Assembly: GCF_032444005.1 (NCBI RefSeq)
Contig: NC_091289.1
Location: forward strand, 92,132,001-92,196,000
Direction: 5' to 3'
Length of the DNA: 64,000 nucleotides
Source: Ranitomeya imitator
Taxonomy: Eukaryota
The notes beneath the pieces were generated by a model. It worked only from the letters and a program-made list of their open reading frames with translations, searched no databases and was not told the DNA's origin. The translations under genes and the position numbers were made by a program. Positions 34,505 through 46,128 of the stretch are shown here, piece by piece; position 1 is the first letter of the stretch; each line of letters opens with the position of its first letter.

Positions 34505-37500
34505 CCCCTTCATGACCCAGCCTATTTTGCCCTTAAAGACCTTGCCGTTTTTTGCAATTCTGACCAGTGTCCCTTTATGAGGTAATAACTCAGGAACGCT
34601 TCAATGGATCCTAGCGGTTCTGAGATTGTTTTTTCGTGACATATTGGGCTTCATGTTAGTGGTAAATATAGGTCAATAAATTCTGTGTTTATTTGTGATA
34701 AAAACGGAAATTTGGCGAAAATTTCGCAATTTTCACATTTTGAATTTTTATTCTGTTAAACCAGAGAGTTATGTGACACAAAATAGTTAATAAATAACAT
34801 TTCCCACATGTATACTTTACATCAGCACAATTTTGGAAACATTTTTTTTTTGCTAGGAAGTTATAAGGGTTAAAATTTGACCAGCGATTTCTCATTTTTA
34901 CAACGAAATTTACAAAACCATTTTTTTTAGGGACCACCTCACATTTGAAGTCAGATTGAGGGGTCTATATGGCTGAAAATACCCAAAAGTGACACCATTC
35001 TAAAAAATGCACCCCTCAAGGTGCACAAAACCACATTCAAGAAGTTTATTAACCCTTCAGGTGCTTCACAGCAGCAGAAGCAACATGGAAGGAAAAAATG
35101 AACATTTAACTTTTTAGTCACAAAAATGATCTTTCAGCAACAATTTTTTTATTTGCCCAATGGTAAAAGGAGAAACTGAACCACGAAAGTTGTTGTCCAA
35201 TTTGTCCTGAGTACACTGATACTTCATATGTGGGGTTAAACCACTGTTTGGGCGCACGGCAGGGCTTGGAAGGGAAGGAGCGCCATTTGACTTTTTGAAT
35301 GAAAAATTGGCTGCACTCTTTAGCAGACACTGTCACATTTGGAGAGCCCCCGTGTGCCTAAAAATTGGAGCTCCCCCACAAGTGACCCCATTTTGGAAAC
35401 TGGACCCCCCCAAGGAACTTATCTAGATGCCTAGTGAGCACTTTAAACCCTCAGGTGCTTCACAAATTGATCCGTAAAAATGAAAAAGTACTTTTTTTTC
35501 ACAAAAAAATTCTTTTCGCCTCAATTTTTTCATTTTCACATGGGCAATAGGATAAAATGGATCCTAAAATTTGTTGGGCAATTTCTCCCGAGTACGCCGA
35601 TACCTCATATGTGGGGGTAAACCACTGTTTGGGCACACGGCAGGGCTCGGAAGGGAAGGCGCGCCATTTGACTTTTTGAATGGAAAATTAGCTCCAATTG
35701 TTAGCGGACACCATGTCGCGTTTGGAGAGCCCCTGTGTGCCTATGCATTGGAGCTCCCCCACAAGTGACCCCATTTTGGAAACTAGACCCCCCAAGGAAC
35801 TTATCTAGATGCATACTGAGCACTTTAAACCCCCAGGTGCTTCACAGAAGTTTATAACGCAGAGCCATGAAAATAAAAAATAATTTTTCTTTCCTCAAAA
35901 ATGATTTTTTAGCCTGGAATTTCCTATTTTGCCAACGGTAATAGGAGAAATTGGACAATAAATGTTGTTGTCCAGTTTGTCTTGAGTACGCAGATACCCC
36001 ATATGTGGGGGTAAACCACTGTTTGGGCGCACGGCAGGGCTCGGAAGGGAAGGCACGCCATTTTGGCTTTTTAAATGGAAAATTAGCTCCAATCATTAGC
36101 GGACACCATGTCGCGTTTGGAGAGCCCCTGTGTGCCTAAACATTGGAGATCCTCCAAAAATGACCCCATTTTGGAAACTAGACCCCCAAAGGAACTAATC
36201 TAGATTTGTGGTGAGCACTTTGAACCCTCAAGTGCTTCACAGAAGTTTATAACAGAACAGTGAAAATAATAAATACGTTTTCTTTCCTCAAAAATAATTT
36301 TTTAGCCCAGAATTTTTTAATTTTCCCAATGGTAACAGGAGAAATTTGACCCCAATATTTGTTGTCCAGTTTCTCCTGAGTACGCTGATACCCCATGTGT
36401 GGGGGTAAACCACTGTTTGGGCACACGTCGGTGCTCAGAAGGGAAGTAGTGACTTTTGAAATGCAGACTTTGATGGAATGGTCTGCGGGCGTCACGTTGA
36501 ATTTGCAGAGCCCCTGGTGTGCCTAAACAGTAGAAACCCCCCACAAGTGACCCCATTTTGGAAACTAGACCCCCCAAGGAACTTATCTAGATATGTGGTG
36601 AGCACTTTGAACCCCCAAGTGCTTCACAGACATTTACAACGCAGAGCCGTGAAAATAAAAAATCATTTTTCTTTCCTCAAAAATGATGTTTTAGCAAGCA
36701 TTTTTTTATTTTCTCAAGGGTAACAGGAGAAATTGAACCCCAGTAATTGTTGCGCAGTTTGTCCTGACCATGCTGGTACCCCATATGTGGGGGTAAACCA
36801 CTGTTTGGGCACACGTCGGGGCTCGGAAGGGAGGGAGCACCATTTGACTTTTTGAATAAAAGATTGGCTGGAATCAATGGTGGAACCATGTTGCGTTTGG
36901 AGACCCCCTGATGTGCCTAAACAGTGGAAACCCCTCAATTCTAACGCCAACACACCCCTAACCCTTATCCCAACTGTAGCCGTAACCCTAACCACAACCC
37001 TAACCCCAACACACCCCTAACCCTAACCACAACCCTAATTCCAACCCAACCCTAAGGCTATGTGCCCACGTTGCGGATTCGTGTGAGATTTTTCCGCACT
37101 ATTTTTGAAAAATCCGCGGGTAAAAGGCACTACGTTTTACCTGCGTATTTACCGCGGATTTCCAGTGTTTTTTGTGCGGATTTCACCTGCGGATTCCTAT
37201 TGAGGATCAGGTGTAAAACGCTGCGGAATCCGCACAAAGAATTGACATGCTGCGGAAAATACAATGCAGCGTTTCCGCGTGGTATTTTCCGCACCATGGG
37301 CACAGCGGATTTGGTTTTCCATATGTTTACATGGTACTGTAAACCTGATGGAACACTGCTGTGGATCCGCAGCGGCCATAAGTGTTTCCAGCCATGGCCG
37401 ATGATATTGCAGCATCGGCCATGGCTGGATTGTAATATTTCACCAGTTTTTTAGGTGAAATATTACAAATCGCTGATTGGCAGTTTCACTTTCAACAGCC

Positions 37501-37706
37501 AATCAGAGCGATCGTAGCCACGGAGGGGGGGGAGGGGGTTGGCTAAACTACCTCTCCTCCTGTCCCTGAAGGCCGGGTGAAATTGGAGTTAACCCTTTCA
37601 CCCGGCCTGCAGGAGCCCAATCCGGCTATGACGCATATGCTGCGTCACAGGTCGGAGTGGCACGGGTTTTCATGACGCATACGCTGCGTCAAAGGTCGGG
37701 AAGGGG
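34505..37706. mobile_element. Non-autonomous piggyBac-like element (3.2 kb) inserted into the DIRS-A gag region
   Basis: TTAA at 34501-34504 and 37707-37710; TIRs CCCCTTCATGACC / GGTCGGGAAGGGG; five ~390-bp internal repeats; no transposase. Confidence 0.88.
36950..37055. repeat. Degenerate (CCCTAA)n telomere-like tract inside the piggyBac-like element
   Basis: CCCCTAACCC...ACCCTAACCACAACCCTAACCCC...CCCTAACCCTAACCACAACCCTAA. Confidence 0.7.
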
Positions 37707-37710
37707 TTAA

Positions 37711-38720
37711 GGAGTTTTTGTTCTGGGAGAGCTTTTTTCTTGTCTGTGGCTTTTTCAACGATCTCGTCTAGAGATGACCCAAAGACATAGTCTCCCTTAA
37801 AGGGTATGGCACATAATTTGGCTTTGGAGGTGATGTCACCAAACCACATCTTGAGCCAGAGGGCTTTCCTAGCCGAATTAGTTTGTACATGCGACCTAGC
37901 GGCAACTCTGATGGTTTCCATGGAAGCATCCACCAAAAAACCAGTAGCCCTAAGAAGGCTAGGTAGCGAGTCCAGCAGTTCACCTCCGGAGGTACCCTGG
38001 GATGTGTGAGACTAGCTCCCCTAACCAGCGGGAGAGGGCTCTAGCTACACAGGTTGAAGCAATATTAGCTTTTAAGGCTACCATAGAAGTCTCCCAGGAT
38101 TTTTTCAAGAGACTTTCTATTTTCCTGTCCATCAGATCCTTCAGTTGTGAAGAATCTTCAAATGGGAGCGTGGTTCTTTTTGCAACTCTTGCCACCTGAG
38201 TCGACTTTGGGAATGTCCCACTTGACAGAATCACATTCTATGGGGAATCTGTTTCATCTCAAAGGGAATGCTGAGGCGTTATTCCGGCAGTTCCCACTCC
38301 TGAGAAATCATGTCAAGTATATTGGAATGTACTGGGAATCCTACACGTTTTTCCTTGTTTATCCTACCGAACATTTGGTCCTGGATGGACTGAGGTTCTG
38401 ACTCCTCGTCCAGCCCCATAGTGCTGCGTACAGCAGAAACTAGATCTTCAATCCAATCCTAAGAAAAAAGATATATCCTGATTTCAGAGGCCTTGGGTGA
38501 CATGGGTTCTTCCAGTCTACCAGAGGACGAAGCATAGGAGAGGTCTGATGCGGACTCAGAGTCCTCAACCTGTATCTTCCTTGTAGAAGATGGTGGAGGG
38601 GTAAAAGCCGCCAGGGAAGACTGGACCTCTTGCTTAACTAGTGAGCGGCTCTCTTCCAAGAGGGACGGTTGCTCTGCTCTGACTATTTTGTCAGTACATG
38701 CTTGGCAGAGTTTTTTTATC
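37711..38720 (-). pseudogene. DIRS-A ORF1 (gag-like) fragments
   Basis: VAKRTTLPFEDSSQLKDLMDRKIESLLKKSWE and ARKALWLKMWFGDITSKAKLCAIPFKGDYVFGSSLDEIV are typical of vertebrate DIRS ORF1. Confidence 0.75.
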
Positions 38721-40634
38721 CCATAATGAGGGCAATTTAATATTGCAGATGGCGCACTTTTTCCTAATAGAAGCTTTGGGGGTAGGCTTGTCTCCCTGGA
38801 ACAAGAGGGAGAGCAGTGTCAGATAAGGAGAACCACCTAGGTTTTCTATCTGAGGACCCTATCCCTGCATCACTTACTGTGGCAGGGGCAGCGCTGGGCT
38901 CTGCAGGCACAGGGCGGGTATTACCTTCCATACTGAAGGTATAGCTTACCTTTAGCGTTTTCGAGCAGGTTTTATACTGTATGCAGTAAGTGCCTGCCCC
39001 CCAGCGAAGACAGAGTTCCCTCCTCCTCCTGGGTCTGTGTGTAGAAGAACAGTGTCCATCAGCATGAGGCGCCGCCGGCGGAAGTCAGGTGCACTCCTAA
39101 ACGCAGAGTCCCAGAAGTGACGTGCGCGATACACTTCCTGGACGCCGGCTGAGCTGAGAATGAGACCAGAGAGCTCCAGTAGAACTGGCCTGCTTTACCT
39201 TCGAGGGGGTGCTGGAAGGCCAGGAAGGGGTCCCGAGGTTAACCACCGACAGGAGCAGCAAAGGAGAGGTGAAGCGTGACCGCATGCTGCCCGGCAGAAC
39301 AGGCAAAACCTGTGTAAGGTAACTGTAGTCGCCGGCCATCACAGCACACGGAACCTCTCCTTGTCCCATGGGGAACAGGAAAGACACTGGCAAATGGGAG
39401 GGCCTTTTAACCTCTCCATATTTCCTGTTCCCCATCAGGGCAAAGAGGTAACCTCCGTATGCTGTCGTGGAAGGTAACTAGAGAAAACAGCAACACTATG
39501 TCTGTATATGTATGTCACTGCATGGAATAAATATTTTTTTTTGTTTACAGTAGTAGTCTTCATTGGGGGGACACAGAACCAAGATAGCCTCAAGGTGGCA
39601 GCAGACTAACACTTATTGCATTTAAATAAAATTGGCTCCTTCCCAGAACACTATACCCTATCTACTGGAGTCAGGCTTCTTCAATTGTGTGAGAAAGCAG
39701 TAGGAAATAGAACAGAAAATTATTAAGGAAAGAAAAAACAACTGTGCGCCCAACCGGGCAACAAAGGGAGGGTGATGTGTCCCCCAATGAAGACCACAAG
39801 AAACAGATTTCACAGTAAGTAAAAAATCTATTTTTCTCATTCGTCTCATTGGGCGACACAGAACCATGGGACGTCCTAAAGCTGTCCCTAAGGTGGGATT
39901 AGCATTAAATCTCATACCGCTACCACGTGGTTTTCCTTCATAATTTAAATGGAAATCTGGGCTACTGCCACCTGCAGTATCTTCCTACAAAGACTTTCTT
40001 CTGCAGAGGCAGAATTGTGCAGCCTGTAAAACTTATAAAAAGTATGCACCGATGCTCAAATAGCTGCTTTGCAGAGCTGCAAAGCTGATACCTGATGAAG
40101 AAACATCCAGGAAGACCCCACCACCCACGTAGAGTGCGCTCTAATACTAAATGGGGCCACCCTGGCCTTAGCTTTGTAGGCCTGGTTAATAACAGTCTTT
40201 AACCATTGGGCAATGGTTGCTTTAAAAGCGGCTTGACCTCATCGGCAAACAAGGCAGTGGCTGATAAATAATATCTTACGGCTTTTACTATGTCCAATCT
40301 TTTCAGAGCCTTTTCAATAGGATGAAATGGTGCCGGACGAAAGGAAGGTAAAATATTATATTTATTAAGGTGAAAACTTGAAACTACCTTCGTGAGAAAA
40401 GACGGAACTGGCCTCAACACTACCTTATCCTGACGAAGAATAAAGTAAGGGCACGAGAAGACCGAGCCGCAAGCTCAGAGACTCTCCTAATAGAAGTCAT
40501 GGCTATCAGGAAAGCTACCTTATAAAGAAAGAAAAAGCGCAGCGATGTCTCAGATTGGCTCAAAAGGAGGAGACTGAAGAGCCTCCAAAACAAGATACAG
40601 ATCCCAAGGGTCTAGATGAGCCAAATAGGGTGGC

Positions 40635-41230
40635 TTAACCTCTTTAAGACCTATGATGCATAGGTATGTCATAGTTCGCCTCCCCCTCTTTGATGCAGGC
40701 TACGGCGTTGATCCCACAACTTTTCAGGCACATGACCGCTGATCTGATTAGTCAAGTACCCCTAACCGCTGCGGTGGAATCGTGATCCATGCACAGCTGT
40801 TAACATGTTAATGCCTCGTTCAATCTCTGACAGCGGCATTCAACATACCCACGCCGGAAGAGTGTCACTTAGTCCGCCCATGTCACATGATTGTAGGGCG
40901 CCGTTGGCTTGGCATGACAAACGGGAGTCTGCAGGAGACCTCCGTGTTGGTCATTGTAAATCTGCTATGAGCGCCGCCAAGTGGCTGGCATTCATAGAAG
41001 ATGAGCATTTCATTTGCTTCTATTGAAGTAAGTGAAAAGACAATTTTTTTTTGGTAAATATTAAAACTGTAAAAAGTTCAAATCACTCCTTTTTTGCCCT
41101 ATTCAAAATAAAATAAATACACATTTGGCATCTCTGGATCAAAATATAAACAGAAGTAATCCGATCGGTAAACGGTGTAACGAGAAAGAAATTCAAAACG
41201 CTACTTGATCTAGGCAACAGTACTAGCACT
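40635..41230. mobile_element. Truncated piggyBac-like non-autonomous fragment
   Basis: Starts TTAA-CCTCTTTAAGACC; the right end is not found. Confidence 0.45.
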
Positions 41231-41269
41231 GTCTAACAGAGAAATAGAAAAACGTGCGGCACTCACCGC

Positions 41270-41582
41270 AGAGCTTTATAAGGAGCATCTATGGGGCAAT
41301 AATGAACAATATGGAGCATTATATATGGCACAGCTTTATACAGAGCATCTATGGGGCAATAATGAATGGTATGCAGCATTATATGTGGCACAGCTTTATA
41401 TGGAGCATCTTATGGGGCAATAATGAACGGAGCATCTATTTTTATTTTTGAAATTCACCTGTAGCTGCTGCATTTTCCACCCTAGGCTTATACTCGAGTC
41501 AATAAGTTTTCCCAGTTTTTTTGTGGCAAAAGTAGGGGGATCGGCTTATACTCGGGTCGACTTATACTCAAGTATATACGGG
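41270..41582. mobile_element. Fragment of the pogo/Tigger-like MITE family seen complete at 48740-50065
   Basis: Ends GCTTATACTCGGGTCGACTTATACTCAAGTATATACGG; carries the reverse complement of the same internal minisatellite. Confidence 0.75.
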
Positions 41583-41679
41583 TAGTTAAATTTTTACAAG
41601 GTGTCTGGTAAAAATTGCTTCTACATCCTTAATGTCATTAAGGATGTAGAAGCTATTTTTTAAATTAATTAAATGATCA

Positions 41680-43290
41680 TGTGACTTATAGTTTACTACA
41701 CTACACAAGATTCGTGGATGATATGATAATTTGGGATGGAAGTGAAACAGAATTTAATGAATTTGTAAAATTTTTAAATGCCTCTAATACAGACAACATG
41801 TTATTTACATCATGTTTTCGAGCCAATAGTCTAGAGTACCTGGATGTCAAGATAGAAATCATTAAAGGTGAAATAATAACAAAAGTTTTTAAAAAAACAA
41901 ACCGCAACCAATAATTTGTTGCATTTTGATAGTGCGCATCCTGCACATACCAAGAGAGGACTTCCCTATAACCAAATGGTTAGACTGCGTAAAATAAATA
42001 ACAATAATAAAATCTTTGAGGAGCAAATAAGTGAATTAAAATCTCGCTTTTTAAATAGAGGTTACCCCCCCACAAGTATTGAAAGAAGCTGAAAACCGCA
42101 TCAGTACGTTTTCACAGGGACATTTTCTGAAAAGAAAAAGAAAAAAAGAACCCTCCATGGAGGAAAATAATGATGTAGAGAGATTCTCATTTTGTTTTAA
42201 ACATAGCAATCTGGACAGCGTTCTACATTCATCGATACGAAAGAATTGGCACGTGCTACAAACTGATAAAGATCTTGCGTGTATACACACCAATGCCCCT
42301 AAATTTGCATATAGACGTGCCCATAATTTGTCCGATATGCTAGTGCATAATAGAATTTCAATACCCAGAAGTAGTTGGTTAACTAGTAATACTCTAGTGG
42401 GTAATTACAGGTGCGGTAATTGTAGATTTTGTCATCTTCATATTTCACATAACCCTATTCAACTTGGCTCCATTACACATAAAGTCCAGGATTATATTTT
42501 TTGTAACAGTAAATTTGTAGTTTATGTTTTATTTTGTCCTTGCCGATATTTTTATATCGGAACAACAATAAGACCTCTGGTAACGAGATTCAAAGAACGC
42601 TATACCTCTATAACAACAGGCAAAGGCTGTCTAAGGCTAATCCGGCACATGAAAGAGAAACATAACGCTAATCCTAATTTGCTTAAATTCGCTGGCCTAG
42701 AGATTGTAAAATACCCTCCGCAAGGAGGTGATCAGAATAAATTATTATTACAAAAAGAAGCCAGATGGATACTTAATTCTAACGCGCAAGGTCCGATTGG
42801 CTTAAACGAAAGGCTAGACATGGCGGTATTTTTATACCCAAAACGAACTAAGGTACATAAAAAAGGGTCTGAAACAATGTTTAGAGGTATAAGTCTGTAA
42901 ATTAGAAATGAATACGGGTTATTAATGCACAATCACTAATATTTTTCACCTTTTAAATTAAGTTTTTTGTATGTATGCATATGCATGCACGTCAGAAATC
43001 CTTAAAAAGGAAATTACGTATGGTAATCAATCACCTGGACCCGTCGAAGCACTCACTGTGCGAAACGGCCGTCGTCCTCTCTCCACTCCCGCACCCTCCT
43101 GTATACCTGATGTCCTATCGGATGTATAACATGCTATTTTTCTTCCAATAAAGAGCACGAATCAAACAGCATAAGAAGGGTCAGTGCCGCACGTTTTTCT
43201 ATTTCTCTGTTGGATAATTCAGCTATATGCTCACAGTGCAGAGCACCACATACCCAGCTATCTCGTGACACCTGCAAATCGTTTTTTTCT
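41680..43290 (+). mobile_element. 5'-truncated Penelope-like element (Neptune-like): RT C-terminus, GIY-YIG endonuclease and pLTR
   Basis: YTRFVDDMIIWDG...LEYLDVKI; CGNCRFC linker; VVYVLFCPCRYFYIGTTIRPLVTRFKE...LLQKEARWI...GLNE; AATAAA at 43147. Confidence 0.9.
43037..43077 (+). ncRNA. Minimal type I hammerhead ribozyme relic in the pLTR (two core substitutions)
   Basis: ggac-CCGTCGA-a-gcac-tcact-gtgc-GAAAC-ggcc-GTC-gtcc: stems I and II pair, GAAAC and GUC are intact, CUGANGA reads CCGUCGA. Confidence 0.75.
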
Positions 43291-44389
43291 TAAGAGTCCA
43301 AGTCCATAAGAGTTTGTACTCCTCTGGTGCCATCCCTTTCTATACTTCTGTTTTGTTGGAACTAGCATTGTCTAATTGAACTCTGATCAGCAGCCTTTGG
43401 ACTAAGTGATGACAATGTAAAAGAGCCAGACTGACAGCTCTGAGCTCCAGCATGTTGATTGCGAGAAGTCTCTCCTGCCTGGTCCAAACTGCTTGGATGG
43501 TCAAGTGACGGAAAACTGCTCACCATCCAGACAGGCTGACATCCGGCATGACCACCTGCCAATGAATGGGGCAAAAAGAGAGATGCAGAGTTAACCAGGG
43601 TGAGGTCAACCACCACCTGATTTATTGGTGACAGAAAAGGGGGGAGACGAATAAGCCAATCCGGGCAATGTCTTAATCGGTCCTAAGAGGCTAGGAGCGT
43701 GTTCTGTAGAGGTCTTGACTGAAAATGAGCAAATGGTACTGCCTCGAACGTCGCCACCATCTTTCCCAGGATCCTTGTGCAAGAATGAAGGTAATGACTG
43801 CCCGGTCATCTCAAACTTCTGATGGAAGACTGAAGAGATAATCTATTCTCCTCCAGAAGAAATACCAATGTCTGAATGGTTCCAAACACCATTCCCAGAA
43901 ACCGAAGTCACTGTGTTGGAACTAAAACAGACTTTGGAGCAATTTGATTGGATTGTCAACAGGACAAAGCCTGAAGAATGATTTGTAAGCTCTCTAGAAT
44001 TTGCACAAAGAATGGCTCCTTGACAAGAGTGTCATCCAGATAGAGGAAAACAAAAACAATTATTCAACCGGAGTGTAAATAATGCTATAACCCAGGCCAG
44101 GATCTTTGTAAATACCCTGGGCGTTATGGCCAGTCCAAATGGGAGAGCCCTGAACTGATCGTGATCTTGACTGACCACAAAACAAAGAAATTGCTGATGG
44201 GCTGGAAAAATTGGCACATGCTAATAAGAATCTCACATATCTACTGAAAAACGTTTTCCACTATGACTGCAGACTTATGAATTCCCCCAGTGCACATACT
44301 ATACGCTGTGGGGATTACCTGGTTTCTGACCCAGGACCAGAAGGTATGTATGAGTTATACATACTGTCAAGCCAGTGGGCACAACCTCG

Positions 44390-44986
44390 TGTCAAGTCGG
44401 ACACTGTTCACACTAGGGCGTCCGACAGACAGCGGTAATTCCACATTTGTCCACTATATGCTCAGTGGCGCTGGCTAGATTTTATCCAGGTTATCCAGGG
44501 TTAATCTGGCTGGTAATTTGGTTGGAGGCTGGGTCACGCCCGTGGCCTTTAAATAGTCATTCTGGACTTTGGGCGTCGCCGATTATAGCTTGCGTTTTGT
44601 GCCTGGTGATCTCGGTCTGGAGTGGTGGTCTAGGAGTAGAAGTATCGTATCTGGTGGTGTATTATCCTTTGTCATATTTCTCCTTCCTATATTTGTATTG
44701 CCCTGTGCACATTATAGTGTTTTCCTGTGTGTCTGCGGCTTGGTGCGTTTTTTAGTTTTTCCCTGTCTGTGCTTTCTGTGTAGGTTGGTGTGTGGGCTTA
44801 TCATTGGGTGGCGGGTGGAGGTTTCAGCATAGGGCTGAAACAGAAGTCAGGGTCAGGTCTGGCGGCCCAGACAAGCACACCATCAGTGTAAATTCTGGGA
44901 GAGGGACAGACAGGGTTTTCCCTAGTCTGAGGGATATCGCAGGGGCTCGGGTAATCAGCTGTAGTCTACCCAATACCCCCGTGACA
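44390..44986. mobile_element. Solo LTR, 597 bp
   Basis: TGTCA...TGACA termini with a perfect 5-bp TSD CCTCG (44385-44389, 44987-44991). Confidence 0.9.
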
Positions 44987-45083
44987 CCTCGCTTCCATAT
45001 GCTGATTAGTTGGAAATATCCAGTCCGTTGATTAGCCATAATCTCCTGCCAGTAGAATGGCCGAGCGGCCATGCACATACAGC

Positions 45084-45876
45084 TGTTATGGTCTGGTGAT
45101 TACGGAGCGACATGAGACTAGCTCTGAGCAGGTGGTATCTATACGGACCGCAGACCCTAAGATCAACACACAACTAGAAGCAGCCGTGGATTGCTCCTAA
45201 CGCTCCCTAGGCAACTCGTCACAGCCTAAGAGCTAACTAGCCCTAAAGATAGAAGCAAGAAAACTATCTTGCCTCAGAGAAAATCCCCAAAGGAAAGACA
45301 GCCCCCCACATGTAATGACTGTGAGAGGAGAAGGAAATGACATACGTAGTATGAAACAAGATTGAGCACAGGAGGCCACTTCTAGCTAAAAAGGAAAGTA
45401 CAGAAAAGAGCTCTGTGCGGTCAGTAGAAAAAACTAGAAAAAGTGCACCGCAGAGAAATGCAAAAAACTCCACACCTAACTAAAGGCGTGGAGGGCAAAC
45501 TCTGCTGCCCAGAGCTTCCAGTTTAGCTAAATAGATCCATACTGATAAACTGGACAAATGAGCAAAAAACAAGACAGTACAAAACAACAAGTCCACAATA
45601 ATTGAACTGCAAAGGACATGGAAGGACTTAGCTTTTAAGAACTTGGTCAGAAAGTCAGGACAATCCAAAGAGCAATGACTCCAGGCAGAGACAATTGACA
45701 ACTGGCATTGAATGAGGGCTAAGGCCAGACTAATATAGCCGAGCCCAAAAGACAATCAAAGGAAACAGCTGAGAAGCTAAATCCAAGAAGCAGTCATACC
45801 ACTAAAGACCACAGGAGGAGCCCAAGAGCAGAACTCCCAAAAATACTACTTACAACCAAGAACGGAATTCACAACA
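45084..45876. mobile_element. Solo LTR, 793 bp
   Basis: TGTTAT...ACAACA termini; TACAGC directly repeated at 45078-45083 and 45877-45882. Confidence 0.85.
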
Positions 45877-46128
45877 TACAGCAACCCCTGTAGAGGCCCA
45901 AAAAGGAACATAGGCAGTTGCGCGGCGATGCCTCTCTCCCACCCACCACCAGTCTAAACCTGATCCACTAACGACGAGGGGACCTCCTTGGCGAGCTGGA
46001 TCACCAGCAGCAGCACCTACCCCCTGCACAGCTTCTGGTAACCAACACCCCTAAGGACAGCAGGGAAAGAGTTGACACTGGAAGGAAGAGGAGGAAGGGA
46101 GGGGAAACAGGCTTACAACAAGGTTATA

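Larger units (their letters stand above)
31121..39487 (-). mobile_element. DIRS1-type tyrosine-recombinase retrotransposon (DIRS-A), degenerate and interrupted by a piggyBac-like element
   Basis: ITRs ~31125-31250 and ~39370-39487 are reverse complements; ICR at 31328-31404; gag-like, RT/RNaseH, MT and YR reading frames on the minus strand. Confidence 0.93.
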
